A DNA stretch of 64,000 nt from Poseidonia sp. (GTDB lineage: Archaea; Thermoplasmatota; Poseidoniia; Poseidoniales; Poseidoniaceae). Each line of letters opens with the position of its first letter. Positions within the stretch are counted from its first letter, which is position 1. The stretch is taken from positions 404,852 to 468,851 of the forward strand of contig CBFIDD010000001.1 of assembly GCA_965661285.1 (NCBI GenBank). Reading direction: 5' to 3'. Positions 1 through 9,611 of the stretch are shown here, one piece after another. The notes under the pieces are model-generated. The model saw only the letters and a program-made list of their open reading frames with translations. It was not told where the DNA came from and searched no databases. Made by a program: the position numbers and the translations under genes.

Positions 1-1539
1 GGCGCCGTGTTTGACCGCACACCAAAGAACCTCATCAATCAGCGAAACTTCGGAGGCCACACCTTCCCTCGCCTCGCCCACGTCGGCGACGCTACAGGTC
101 TCGAGATCATTCGCACCCTCCAAGAACGTGGCATTCACGAAGGCATTGACATCTTCATGGAGTACACCGTTCGCAGCCTCCTCAAGGAAGGCGACCGGGT
201 CACCGGCTGTGTGGCCTACACCCGTGTGGACGGTGAATTCCATGCCTTCTCCGCCAAGTCTGTCGTGCTCGCCACCGGCGGCATCACCCGTTGCTGGTCC
301 GTATGCTCCGGTTCTTGGGAGTACACCGGCGACGGTCACGCACTCGCCCTTTGGGCCGGTGCCGAACTTCGCGACATGGAGTTCGTCCAGTTCCACCCCA
401 CCGGCATGGTATGGCCTCCATCCGTTCGAGGCATCCTCGTGACCGAGGGCGTACGCGGTGAAGGCGGCCGCCTCACCAACAGCGAAGGCAGCCGTTTCAT
501 GTTCGACTACGTGCCTGAGATGTTTGCTGGCGACCACGCTGATACCATTGAGGAAGCCGACCAGTGGGTCGAAGAAGTCGTCAGTGGCAAGCTGGCGACG
601 GTCCGCCGACCACCTGAACTGTTGACCCGAGACGTCGTGGCCAAGGCCATCAACGAAGAGGTCAAAGCAGGCCGTGGCTCGCCCCACGGCGGGGCCTTCC
701 TCGACATCTCTCACCGCGGTGAGGAAGCCATCATGAAGAAACTCCCGTCCATGCACCACCAATTCAAGGAACTCGCTGGCGTTGACATCAGCAAGGAACC
801 CATGGAAGTGGGCCCCACGGCGCACTACGTGATGGGTGGGGTCATCGTTGACGCCGAATCCCAAGAAACAACGGTCCCCGGTCTGTTCGCCTGCGGCGAG
901 GTGGCATCAGGACTTCACGGCGCCAACCGCCTTGGCGGAAACTCCCTTTCCGATCTCATCGTGTTCGGCAAGCGAGCCGGCGAATTTGCCGCCAAGCGCG
1001 CCAAGGACTTGGCACAGCCTTCCATCGATGAAGACCAGGTTGGCCAAGCCATCGACGACATGCTGGCCCCGCTCCAGCGAGAAGGCGGAGAAAACCCCGG
1101 CGCCATTTACGACGAGATGCGCGACATGATGCAGGCCAAGGTCGGTATCATCCGAACCAAGAACGAACTTGAAGAAGCCCTTGACGACCTCAAAGCGTTC
1201 AAGGAGCGCGCACTCGCCTGTTCTTCCGGCACCTCGCGGAAGTACAACTCCGGCTGGCACCAGGCGCTTGACCTGCTCAACATGGCCGATGTCTCCCACG
1301 CCGCAACACTCGCCGCCATCACCCGAGAGGAGAGCCGAGGCGGCCACACACGCGACGACTTCCCAACGCCCGAGGATGACTACTGGGGCAACACCATCAA
1401 CATCATTTGGATGGACGAAGGCGAGATGAAAATTCGACAAGAGCCTGTTGAGGAGATGCGCGACGACCTCAAAGACGCCCTCAAGGAAGTGAAGGCGATG
1501 ATCGCTGAACGCGCAGCGGAAGCAGGAGGTGGAAATTGA
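1..1539 (+). CDS. sdhA: Succinate dehydrogenase/fumarate reductase flavoprotein subunit (5' truncated by window edge)
   Basis: Open frame from base 1; motifs QRNFGGH, MEFVQFHPTG, TEGVRGEGG, AHYVMGG, LHGANRLGGNSL, REESRGGHTR. Confidence 0.95.
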   Translation, partial: GAVFDRTPKNLINQRNFGGHTFPRLAHVGDATGLEIIRTLQERGIHEGIDIFMEYTVRSLLKEGDRVTGCVAYTRVDGEFHAFSAKSVVLATGGITRCWSVCSGSWEYTGDGHALALWAGAELRDMEFVQFHPTGMVWPPSVRGILVTEGVRGEGGRLTNSEGSRFMFDYVPEMFAGDHADTIEEADQWVEEVVSGKLATVRRPPELLTRDVVAKAINEEVKAGRGSPHGGAFLDISHRGEEAIMKKLPSMHHQFKELAGVDISKEPMEVGPTAHYVMGGVIVDAESQETTVPGLFACGEVASGLHGANRLGGNSLSDLIVFGKRAGEFAAKRAKDLAQPSIDEDQVGQAIDDMLAPLQREGGENPGAIYDEMRDMMQAKVGIIRTKNELEEALDDLKAFKERALACSSGTSRKYNSGWHQALDLLNMADVSHAATLAAITREESRGGHTRDDFPTPEDDYWGNTINIIWMDEGEMKIRQEPVEEMRDDLKDALKEVKAMIAERAAEAGGGN

Positions 1540-2306
1540 TGTCTCTCAAAGGTACCAAACAATCGTTCAACATTCTACGCGGTGAGGGCGACGACGCCAA
1601 ACTTCAGGCCTACGAACTGGAACTTGACGAGGGCATGGTCGTTCTCGACTGCCTGCATCGCATCCAGCACGACCAGGAGCCCGACATGGCGGTTCGGTGG
1701 AACTGCAAAGCCGGAAAATGCGGTTCATGTTCGGCTGAGATCAATGGACGTCCACGCCTGATGTGCATGACACGCATGAGCGATGTGGTTGCCGAAACAC
1801 CTGCCGGTCAACCGATCGAAATCCGTCCGATGAAAACCTTCCCGCACGTCAAAGACCTGGTGACCGACGTGAGTTGGAACTACGAGGTGGCCCAACGTAT
1901 TGCCCCCATCAACGGGCCTGAGGAAATGGACTGGGAGTTCAATCAAATGGAAGCCGACCGTGTGCAGCACTTCCGAGAATGCATCGAATGTTTCCTCTGT
2001 GTGAACACCTGCCACGTGCTTCGAGACCACGAGCTGTTCGACGATTTCGCCGGGCCACGCAACCTTGTTCGCTTGGCGCAATACGAAATGCACCCGCTCG
2101 ATACCGAGGATCGCGTGCCCGAAATCAAGAAGGAATTTGGCGTCGAATACTGCAACATCACCCGATGTTGCACCGAAGTTTGTCCTGCAGGTATCGAAAT
2201 TACCGACGACGCCATTATCCAACTCAAGGAACGTGTCGTTGACCGCTACTATGACCCACTGCAGCGGATTTGGCGCACCTTGACTCGCAAGAACGTTCGG
2301 TATTGA
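1539..2306 (+). CDS. sdhB: Succinate dehydrogenase/fumarate reductase iron-sulfur subunit
   Basis: CKAGKCGSC...C (2Fe-2S), CIECFLC, CNITRCCTEVCP clusters; ATG overlaps sdhA stop (TGATG); GGAGGT SD upstream. Confidence 0.95.
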   Translation: MSLKGTKQSFNILRGEGDDAKLQAYELELDEGMVVLDCLHRIQHDQEPDMAVRWNCKAGKCGSCSAEINGRPRLMCMTRMSDVVAETPAGQPIEIRPMKTFPHVKDLVTDVSWNYEVAQRIAPINGPEEMDWEFNQMEADRVQHFRECIECFLCVNTCHVLRDHELFDDFAGPRNLVRLAQYEMHPLDTEDRVPEIKKEFGVEYCNITRCCTEVCPAGIEITDDAIIQLKERVVDRYYDPLQRIWRTLTRKNVRY

Positions 2307-2335
2307 GCATCAAGCATGGGACAAGGCGAACGACC

Positions 2336-3229
2336 TCATCCCCGAGCGATGAGCCACTCTCGAATCCAAGATTCCCCAATACCGTCGTAATCCACGTTGG
2401 GTGGCTGAAGTGGTCGAACGATGACCAGGATATCCAACTCACCGCCCCACGAAGCCTTCGCAACCACCACAACTTCACCCACCTTCGTGCCTTCGGGGTG
2501 AGAACCAAAGGCGGTGGTGTTGATGTTGTAGTTCCTGAAGACCACCGTTTCGACATCGCCAGCGTCCCAGCTTCCGATGATGATGTCCAAGGTGGGCGGC
2601 CCAGGAACAGGTCGCAGCGTGATTTCTTCAGGATTGAGTCTGACGAAGGGCACTTCCTCGTCAATCAATTCAATCGCTTGATGCAGCCGACCCGTTTCCA
2701 TGTCCATGAGCGAAGCCAAGGTCAGAGCAACCGTCTCAGCGCCCATCACGCCCGGTTGATGCGGGAGGCGAAGGGTCAGCGACTGCAGCACCACCACATC
2801 CGTGGTGACCCATGTGTATTGCTGGCCGGCAGGGTAAATCGGTGAATGCGGGTTTTCGGTGAACAAGGGCTGGCCCCAATCATCGGGCGAAACGGGTTGG
2901 GAAACCGGAAGAAAACCGGTTGCACTCATGCAAAGAACCGCCACACTCAGCGCCACCAATCGTGGTGTTCGCTGTTCGGACCATTCTTGACGGCCAGCTG
3001 GACTGAGCACAGAAAGCAACAACAGCAGGGGGAGCGCCAACAGCGCACCCGCGGGTACAATCCAGATGAGGACGGCAAAGAGGAAGGCCATGCGCACGCC
3101 GTTGGGACCGATGGAGACGGTCCAGTGGCCCTCCTCAGATTCGTTGTTTCGTCGATGGTAGAGGTACAAGGCAAGTCCACCCCCTGCCAAGGGGGCCAAG
3201 GATTGGAGAACACCCTGCCACATGGACAA
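2336..3229 (-). CDS. Hypothetical membrane protein
   Basis: 297-aa ORF with several N-terminal hydrophobic segments; fills the gap between sdhB and the ABC ATPase. Confidence 0.7.
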   Translation of the reverse strand: MSMWQGVLQSLAPLAGGGLALYLYHRRNNESEEGHWTVSIGPNGVRMAFLFAVLIWIVPAGALLALPLLLLLSVLSPAGRQEWSEQRTPRLVALSVAVLCMSATGFLPVSQPVSPDDWGQPLFTENPHSPIYPAGQQYTWVTTDVVVLQSLTLRLPHQPGVMGAETVALTLASLMDMETGRLHQAIELIDEEVPFVRLNPEEITLRPVPGPPTLDIIIGSWDAGDVETVVFRNYNINTTAFGSHPEGTKVGEVVVVAKASWGGELDILVIVRPLQPPNVDYDGIGESWIREWLIARG

Positions 3230-3307
3230 TACCTGTGGGAAAGCGGACGATGTCCGTCATAGAGGTTCGCCTCCCACCAAGGGTTGATGCGAGGGTTTCC
3301 CTTCGCT

Positions 3308-4336
3308 ATGGGCATGGCGGAGGCGGTGCTTTCCTTCAAGTCGGTCCAACACCGACACGTCCTCGCCGCTCCAACCCTGTTCAAGCCGTGGGCCAAACGC
3401 CCTGGGCCAGGGATCGTTGGATTGTCTCTTGACCTCTACGAAGGGTCTGTTCTGGGCCTCATCGGACCAAACGGCGCTGGGAAAACAACCCTGCTGAGAA
3501 TCATGGCGGGGGTCTTACCCGTTCAGGAGGGAAGTGTAGAATCCCGCTTTGACAGCGAAGAATGGCGTCCGGTGAATGACCTTCGCCAATGGGTAGGCCA
3601 CATGCCCGAACAAGTGCGCTGGCAAGGCAAGACCACGGTGTGCGAAGCGCTCAGCCAACTCGGGGACATGCGTGGAACGTCCGAGAAGAAAATCCAGCGT
3701 TTGCTCTCTCTGGTAGGCCTTCGGAGTCGACAGCACGAAGCGTTGGACAACCTCAGTCAAGGCATGCGTCAACGCCTTTCCATCGCTTCTGCCTTGTTGG
3801 GCTCGCCAAAGGTGCTCGTGCTCGACGAACCGTTCAACGGTTTGGACCCCGTAGCAGCCGAAGCCTTCTCCGCATTGGTACGTACGCTTGCCTCCAAAGG
3901 TGTGAGCGTTGTCATTTCCTCCCACATGGTTGGCCACCTTGAGGGGCTGGTCGACCGCATCGGTCTTTTGCACCGAGGCCAGTTGCTGGACGAGGGACCG
4001 CTGGAAGACGTTGAGCGTCGCCTCGGCCTACAAGGACGCTACACCATGAAAGGTCACGGCGATGTCGACTTCACAGCGTTAGCGCCTAACGAGGATATTC
4101 TTGACACGCATTACGACGGGGAGGCATGGTCATTGACGGTGAAACAACACCCAAAATCGGTTCTCTCTGCTGCGGTTAAGGCCAACGTTAACATCACGTC
4201 GTGGGCACCTGTGCGACCCAACTTGGTCGAGTGGTTGTGTGCCGCTACGGGCATGAGCGTGGATGACATCTCTCTCGAAGTGGCTTCATCGGCCATGCTC
4301 CCCATGCGTTCGGTAGAGGTGAGCGAAGATGAGTGA
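3308..4336 (+). CDS. ABC transporter ATP-binding protein (ABC-2/drug-export type)
   Basis: Walker A GPNGAGKTT, signature LSQGMRQR, Walker B VLVLDEP, H-loop SSH; start codon uncertain (3284-3314). Confidence 0.9.
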   Translation: MGMAEAVLSFKSVQHRHVLAAPTLFKPWAKRPGPGIVGLSLDLYEGSVLGLIGPNGAGKTTLLRIMAGVLPVQEGSVESRFDSEEWRPVNDLRQWVGHMPEQVRWQGKTTVCEALSQLGDMRGTSEKKIQRLLSLVGLRSRQHEALDNLSQGMRQRLSIASALLGSPKVLVLDEPFNGLDPVAAEAFSALVRTLASKGVSVVISSHMVGHLEGLVDRIGLLHRGQLLDEGPLEDVERRLGLQGRYTMKGHGDVDFTALAPNEDILDTHYDGEAWSLTVKQHPKSVLSAAVKANVNITSWAPVRPNLVEWLCAATGMSVDDISLEVASSAMLPMRSVEVSEDE

Positions 4337-5159
4337 CATCAAGCGCATCATGAAGGTCGCTGCTCGTATCCGAAAGGAACGCCTGGCCGGCATTCGGCTG
4401 AAGATCATGCTCCCCATCCTTCTGCTGTTCCTGCCCGGGATGGCGTGGGGGTTCTCCGACCCCAACATCGTGTTACCGGGTGGCCACCAGCCCGATACGG
4501 CGATGGAGGTGCTGTTTTACGCCTCGCTCGGGGTGGTGTTTGGCGCCACGATGTGCGCCGTTCTCATGGCCTTTGACGGCGTGAGCAAAAACCGGGCCAG
4601 CGGCATGTTGGAAGTCCGCCTCGCGCAGCCCATGCCTCGGCAGCACCAAGCCACGGCCTTGATTTTAGGACATGCTCAGAGCATTCTTCTGCCCGTTTAC
4701 GCCCTGCTCTTGGCATCAATCCTGGTCGTTCGCGTCCGATTGGGGGAATGGCCGACGTTGAGCGAGATGCTGGTGTACGGACTCTCGACCGGACTGGTCG
4801 TGTTATGGTACACGCTCTTCGCACTGCTGGCTTCGACCTCGGCCAGAGAACAGGGCACGGCCATCGCCTTTGGTATCGGCGTCTGGTTCTTCTTCACCTT
4901 CCTTTGGGCCCTCGTAACGACCATGGTCGCCTACGCCTCGGGCGTAGCGGTCGGTGAAGCCAACGACCCCGCATGGGTCACACTCGAGGGCATGCTCGAC
5001 CTGCTTTCACCCAACGGCGTGTATCACCACCTCCTTGAGACCCAACTTCCGACGGTGGACAGGGGGGTCGCTGCTTGGCAGTCTTGGCTGGCAGCGTTGC
5101 TTTGGACGGCTTTCCCTTGGTGGGCCCTCCATCGCCGCATGGAACGGCTCGTACCATGA
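4329..5159 (+). CDS. ABC-2 type transporter permease
   Basis: About 6 hydrophobic helices; 'RASGMLEVRLAQPMPR' resembles the ABC-2 permease loop; overlaps the ATPase gene. Confidence 0.85.
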   Translation: MSDIKRIMKVAARIRKERLAGIRLKIMLPILLLFLPGMAWGFSDPNIVLPGGHQPDTAMEVLFYASLGVVFGATMCAVLMAFDGVSKNRASGMLEVRLAQPMPRQHQATALILGHAQSILLPVYALLLASILVVRVRLGEWPTLSEMLVYGLSTGLVVLWYTLFALLASTSAREQGTAIAFGIGVWFFFTFLWALVTTMVAYASGVAVGEANDPAWVTLEGMLDLLSPNGVYHHLLETQLPTVDRGVAAWQSWLAALLWTAFPWWALHRRMERLVP

Positions 5160-5204
5160 CGGTTTCAACCAATTCTTCATGAAGGCGAAAGACCACCGGG
5201 TGTT

Positions 5205-7157
5205 ATGACACCCCGCATGCCAGCGCCCATCCTCTCCATCCTACTCGCTCTCTTGATGGTGGGTGTGACATCCACGCCTGTCCTCACCGATGTCGACGAT
5301 GCACCCATCGTCTCCTCAACAGAAGGTCGACAGGATACGCTGGACGTGGACTGCAGCGGCTATTCCTTTGAAGACCTCTTTGAGTACGATTTTGCCTTGT
5401 TTGAGCTGAATGTACTCGACGACTGGGCAACCGGTGACATGTACGCTAACGCATGGGTAAACGGGTCAAACTCCGCCATTGTTCGGGACAACCTTGACGG
5501 CCTGTTTGAGGGCCTGCCGGGTGGCGACAACGAATGGATCAGCACCGACGAGCGAGATGCTGTTCGCAGCATCGGACCGAAGTGCATCGCCGATATGGAA
5601 ACCCGTCTTGGCATGCGAGAGGGCATCCCACATTCGGGTGGCGTGGACTGGAACGATTTCGAATTCGTTGAGGACGGTATCGGTCTTGACGAAGTCAACC
5701 TCGTTCCTGACGGTCATCAAGACGCACGAACCTGCACGAATTTCGGGGCTGCCGCAGACTGTCAAGAGGTCCCCACATCCACCACCGACGACATGGAAAT
5801 CAGTCTCTTTGTCGCCGACGGGCAAACCAACAACGTTCGTTGGGACCAACTGCCCAACAGCGGCGTCTCAAATTTCACGCTCGCCATGAACATCAGCAAC
5901 ATGAGCGATGCAGCCCTCGTGGTCACCTTCCCCGTGCTTCAGGGGCTGCGCATGTACGACTTCCGTGTGCTCGACAACCAACCCGAAAGCGGACAGACCT
6001 GCGACCACATCGGGGAGCCATCGTTCACCTACCTGCCCGATGGCGCGCTCAGGGTGACCCAACTCGTCTCGTTCGACCGAACGCAGTGGGATTTGGTGTG
6101 CAACATGTTCATGGATTTCACAACCGAAGAACCCGCCACCAATGATGCACCGACGTGGACATCCCTCGCGCCCACCAACGGTACCAAAATTTCCACCTCC
6201 GGTGCCGGAACCTGGGGCTTCGCTACTGCAGAGACCGGGAACGCTTGGGCCACCGACGAGAACGGATGGTCACTTCAATGCGACTTTGATGAAGACGGAT
6301 GGAGTGTTTCAACCGATGTGCTCGGCGATTTCTTCGTCACCCAACCCGAGAGTTCGAGCCAAACGACCGCCACCTGCCACGCGGTTGACCCGCTTGGAGC
6401 CGTCGACGAAAACGATTCGAGAGTCTGGACCTTCGGAACGCTCTACACGGCGACGGCGACCGTTGATGAAGATGGGAAGAACGCCCGATTGACCATCACC
6501 TCAGCAGGGCTCGTTGACGAGTTTTTGTTCAGCGCACGAGCGCTCCAAAACGGCCAGCTGGGTGGAGAAGGTGAGACCATCACCGTAGCCTCATCACCCG
6601 CCACGACCGCCGTTTCTCTGACCAACATCAGGCCAGGTGCCTTTGTGTTTAGCGTGTCGGCCGAAGCGTCCAACATGCTGGCTCACACTGCGGACCTCGC
6701 ACTCGGATTGACCAAACCAAATTCCCCACCTGCCGTTTCGGTCGCCGTGAATTTCGATGGTGAAAATGCGACATGGGACGAAAGTCAACTCAAATTCGAA
6801 ATGTTTGGATTGGTCTCCGACCCCGACCTCGAAGCGGTCACGATGAGTTTGACCATTTGCGGAGCCGACTACCAAGGTTTCACCATCGATGGCATCAACT
6901 GGGTGGTTGAGGTTTCAACCGCCATTTGCCTTGCCAACGGATTAACCAACTACGACGTACTCATCACCGCCATGGATGAATCGGGAGCTAAAACCGAACT
7001 CGCTGTTGGTATTCCCGCACCGGTATCGGACACCGGAGGGGATGTTGCACCGCCCGTTACCGAAGAAGAGGCGGGGGCGCTTCCATCCCTCTCCTTCCTC
7101 GCAACAATTTCGATGCTTGGAGCAGCCCTCTTGCTTCAGCGACGAAAGCACGAGTAA
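5205..7157 (+). CDS. Secreted acidic cell-surface protein with C-terminal sorting-like signal
   Basis: N-terminal signal peptide, D/E/T-rich body, C-terminal LPSLSFLATISMLGAALLLQRRKHE (motif + TM + basic tail). Confidence 0.8.
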   Translation: MTPRMPAPILSILLALLMVGVTSTPVLTDVDDAPIVSSTEGRQDTLDVDCSGYSFEDLFEYDFALFELNVLDDWATGDMYANAWVNGSNSAIVRDNLDGLFEGLPGGDNEWISTDERDAVRSIGPKCIADMETRLGMREGIPHSGGVDWNDFEFVEDGIGLDEVNLVPDGHQDARTCTNFGAAADCQEVPTSTTDDMEISLFVADGQTNNVRWDQLPNSGVSNFTLAMNISNMSDAALVVTFPVLQGLRMYDFRVLDNQPESGQTCDHIGEPSFTYLPDGALRVTQLVSFDRTQWDLVCNMFMDFTTEEPATNDAPTWTSLAPTNGTKISTSGAGTWGFATAETGNAWATDENGWSLQCDFDEDGWSVSTDVLGDFFVTQPESSSQTTATCHAVDPLGAVDENDSRVWTFGTLYTATATVDEDGKNARLTITSAGLVDEFLFSARALQNGQLGGEGETITVASSPATTAVSLTNIRPGAFVFSVSAEASNMLAHTADLALGLTKPNSPPAVSVAVNFDGENATWDESQLKFEMFGLVSDPDLEAVTMSLTICGADYQGFTIDGINWVVEVSTAICLANGLTNYDVLITAMDESGAKTELAVGIPAPVSDTGGDVAPPVTEEEAGALPSLSFLATISMLGAALLLQRRKHE

Positions 7158-7206
7158 AACCGACAACACCAAAAGCACTTGACCGCAGGAAGCAACAGGT
7201 CTTGAG

Positions 7207-8229
7207 ATGTTTACTGGCACCGTTGAAGCACGAAGCCACGAGGGTGGTTTGCTGGTGCATTTTGAAGGCTCATCCCCTGCGCTCAACGCCATCATGATTC
7301 GAGCCGACGACGGCACCTACATCGGAAAGGTCGACGGGGTCATCGGAAGCACCAACCATCCGCTCGCTCACGTGGCGCACATCGACCGCTCCCTCGACAT
7401 GGACACGCTCATCGGCGTGAGCGTGACCGTCCGGGCAAAACAGAAGCCCAGAGAACAGCGAAACGATCGGCGGACCCGCCGAGATGACGGACGTCATGAC
7501 CGGAGGGGACGAGACGACAACCGGGGTTTCCGAAACGATCGGGACGGCGGACGTCAGCAACGCGGCACGTTCAACGATAACGACTGGACGTGCCCGGAGT
7601 GCAAGAACTCCAATTTCGCTTTCAGAAACGTCTGCAACCGGTGCGAAGCACCACGACCGGGTGGCGGTGGTGGACGACGGGACGACCGAAGAGGACGAGA
7701 CAACAACCGAGGATTCCGAAACGACAGAGGCGGAAGACGGGACGACCGAGGATTCCGAAACGACAGAGGCGGACGACGGGACAACCGTCAAGGACGGGAC
7801 AACAACCGAGGATTCCGAAACGATCGGAACGGCGGGAGCCAACAACGCGGTACGTACAACGACAACGACTGGACATGCGCCGAGTGCAAGAACTCCAATT
7901 TCGCCTTCAGAAAGGTCTGCAACCGATGCGAAGCACCGCGACCGGGTGGCGGCGGTGGCGGTGGAGGAGGACAATACCGAAACGACCGTCGCACAGGAAG
8001 CTACGGAAATCAGCGGAGAGACCACCGCGGAGGAAGCTACGGAAATCAGCGGAGAGATGGCGAACGAGGACGCCAACAGGGCGGTCGAGGCGGCGGTGGT
8101 CGCTTCCAAAATCGCCGTTCATCCGATGTTCAACCCCGCAGAGCCAAAGGAAAGCGTTCTGGTCATGCTCACAATCAACCTCCCCGAGACTTCAGATCTC
8201 CGCGGAAATTTGAACGCAGAGACGACTGA
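7207..8229 (+). CDS. Gar1/Naf1-like domain fused to RG/RD-rich repeats and two RanBP2-type zinc fingers; putative RNA-binding protein
   Basis: N-terminal 'YIGKVDGVIGSTNHPLAHV' resembles archaeal Gar1; two W-x-C-x2-C-x3-N-x6-C-x2-C fingers. Confidence 0.75.
   Translation: MFTGTVEARSHEGGLLVHFEGSSPALNAIMIRADDGTYIGKVDGVIGSTNHPLAHVAHIDRSLDMDTLIGVSVTVRAKQKPREQRNDRRTRRDDGRHDRRGRDDNRGFRNDRDGGRQQRGTFNDNDWTCPECKNSNFAFRNVCNRCEAPRPGGGGGRRDDRRGRDNNRGFRNDRGGRRDDRGFRNDRGGRRDNRQGRDNNRGFRNDRNGGSQQRGTYNDNDWTCAECKNSNFAFRKVCNRCEAPRPGGGGGGGGGQYRNDRRTGSYGNQRRDHRGGSYGNQRRDGERGRQQGGRGGGGRFQNRRSSDVQPRRAKGKRSGHAHNQPPRDFRSPRKFERRDD
7579..7953 (+). repeat. Intragenic duplication: two ~90-bp zinc-finger units 285 bp apart, with ACCGAGGATTCCGAAACGA repeats between them
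   Basis: 7579-7668 vs 7864-7953 near-identical; RGFRNDR peptide occurs four times in the protein. Confidence 0.9.
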
Positions 8230-8237
8230 ACGGATGT

Positions 8238-9275
8238 GTGCAGATGAGTGCTGAATCGCATTACCTCAATGCGCTCCAAGCCCTGGACGAAGGGGACCGA
8301 GACCGTGCAAAAGATGAGGCCAAGAAATCAACCTCGCTCGACCCCGAACACATTGAGGCATGGTCGGTTTATGTCGACGCTTGTTTGCCCTCTACCGGTG
8401 CTGCAGCGTCCATGGCCCAGGCGGCACAGGCCCTCTCTGCGGTCAAGAAGATCATCGCGCTTGACGAGACGAGAATGGACATGTGGGTCCGTGGTGGCCG
8501 GTTGATGGCCGACGACCTCGGTATGCTTCACGACGCCCTTCACTGGTGGCAGGCCTGTCGAGAGGTTGCGCCCCGCGAAGTTACACCTGTGGTTGAAATG
8601 GCGTCAATCCTCGCTGACATGGGTGAATACGACGAGGCGCAAAAGCGACTCCAGTCCATCTTGGACGACAACATGGACGTCGGCATGACGCAATTTCGTA
8701 AAATCAACAGTTTGCTTCAACTTGTTCGGGCTGCGGCTGCTCAACAGCAACAAGACATCTTCAAGCCCTATGAGAAACACCACGACGGATGGGAGGCGAT
8801 CCGGCAAAAAATGCGAAAACCTCCCATGTCGGAGAATTTCATTTTCCTCATCACGGCCGTGCCAATCCTGTTGATCTTGGTCGTGATGCTGCAGGGGATC
8901 GGCCAGCCTTCCATCGCCACGCTTTGCCTAAACACCATTGTGATTTTGATCGTCATCATGGTCTGTATGCGGAATGCAAAACGGTGGTTCCAAATCATCA
9001 ATCGACCGGCGTTTAATCTCCTCCGTGCCATGAATTTTGAAGCCGCAACAGGTTACACCGTCCTCGATGAGGACATTCGAACTTCGGTACTCTACATGTA
9101 CATCATGCAGCGCAAACCCATGTCTTGGCAGGAACGGACGCTGAAAATTATCGACAACGGTGCCTCGCTTCCAAACAACTGGCGACTTCGACTCCCCGAT
9201 TTTGAGTCTCATCTCAGCGAATCTGACATGGAAGTCGACGAAGAACCCTCACTCGAACCCTACGAAGAAGAGTGA
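8238..9275 (+). CDS. TPR-like repeat membrane protein
   Basis: Helical TPR-like N-terminus (LDPEHIEAW, LADMGEYDEAQKRL) followed by two TM helices. Confidence 0.75.
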   Translation: MQMSAESHYLNALQALDEGDRDRAKDEAKKSTSLDPEHIEAWSVYVDACLPSTGAAASMAQAAQALSAVKKIIALDETRMDMWVRGGRLMADDLGMLHDALHWWQACREVAPREVTPVVEMASILADMGEYDEAQKRLQSILDDNMDVGMTQFRKINSLLQLVRAAAAQQQQDIFKPYEKHHDGWEAIRQKMRKPPMSENFIFLITAVPILLILVVMLQGIGQPSIATLCLNTIVILIVIMVCMRNAKRWFQIINRPAFNLLRAMNFEAATGYTVLDEDIRTSVLYMYIMQRKPMSWQERTLKIIDNGASLPNNWRLRLPDFESHLSESDMEVDEEPSLEPYEEE

Positions 9276-9319
9276 AATCCATCACGGCAAGGCGTCCTTG
9301 GATCCATGGTCAAAGCGCA

Positions 9320-9579
9320 CGCCCACATTCCGTACGTTCATCGCCACGAGGCGTCAATGGACATGCAGTAGACCGGAATGCCGGTGAGGCTCATGACCCA
9401 GGAACCTACCTTTGCTCCCCCGCATAGCCTACAGACCTGCCCCTACTTCTTCCACATGACCGTCGAGCCAGCCCTTGCTCCCTCACGTGAAGGAGGAAGG
9501 CCCACAAAGGCTCCATGCCATAACGAAACCGATTTGGTCAAACGATGCGATTGCTACGCACGGTCAGACCCCTCGGGCG
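9320..9579. ncRNA. Candidate structured non-coding RNA (family unassigned)
   Basis: 336-nt gap between convergent stop codons containing nested complementary stems; see findings. Confidence 0.3.
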
Positions 9580-9611
9580 CCAGCCGCCACAACGGTCCTC
9601 AAGCGTTCAAT

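Noticed and set aside
7484-8254. T/E/D-rich alternative-frame ORF overlapping the Gar1-like gene
   Set aside because: Frame-shifted reading of low-complexity repeats; the zinc fingers are in the other frame.
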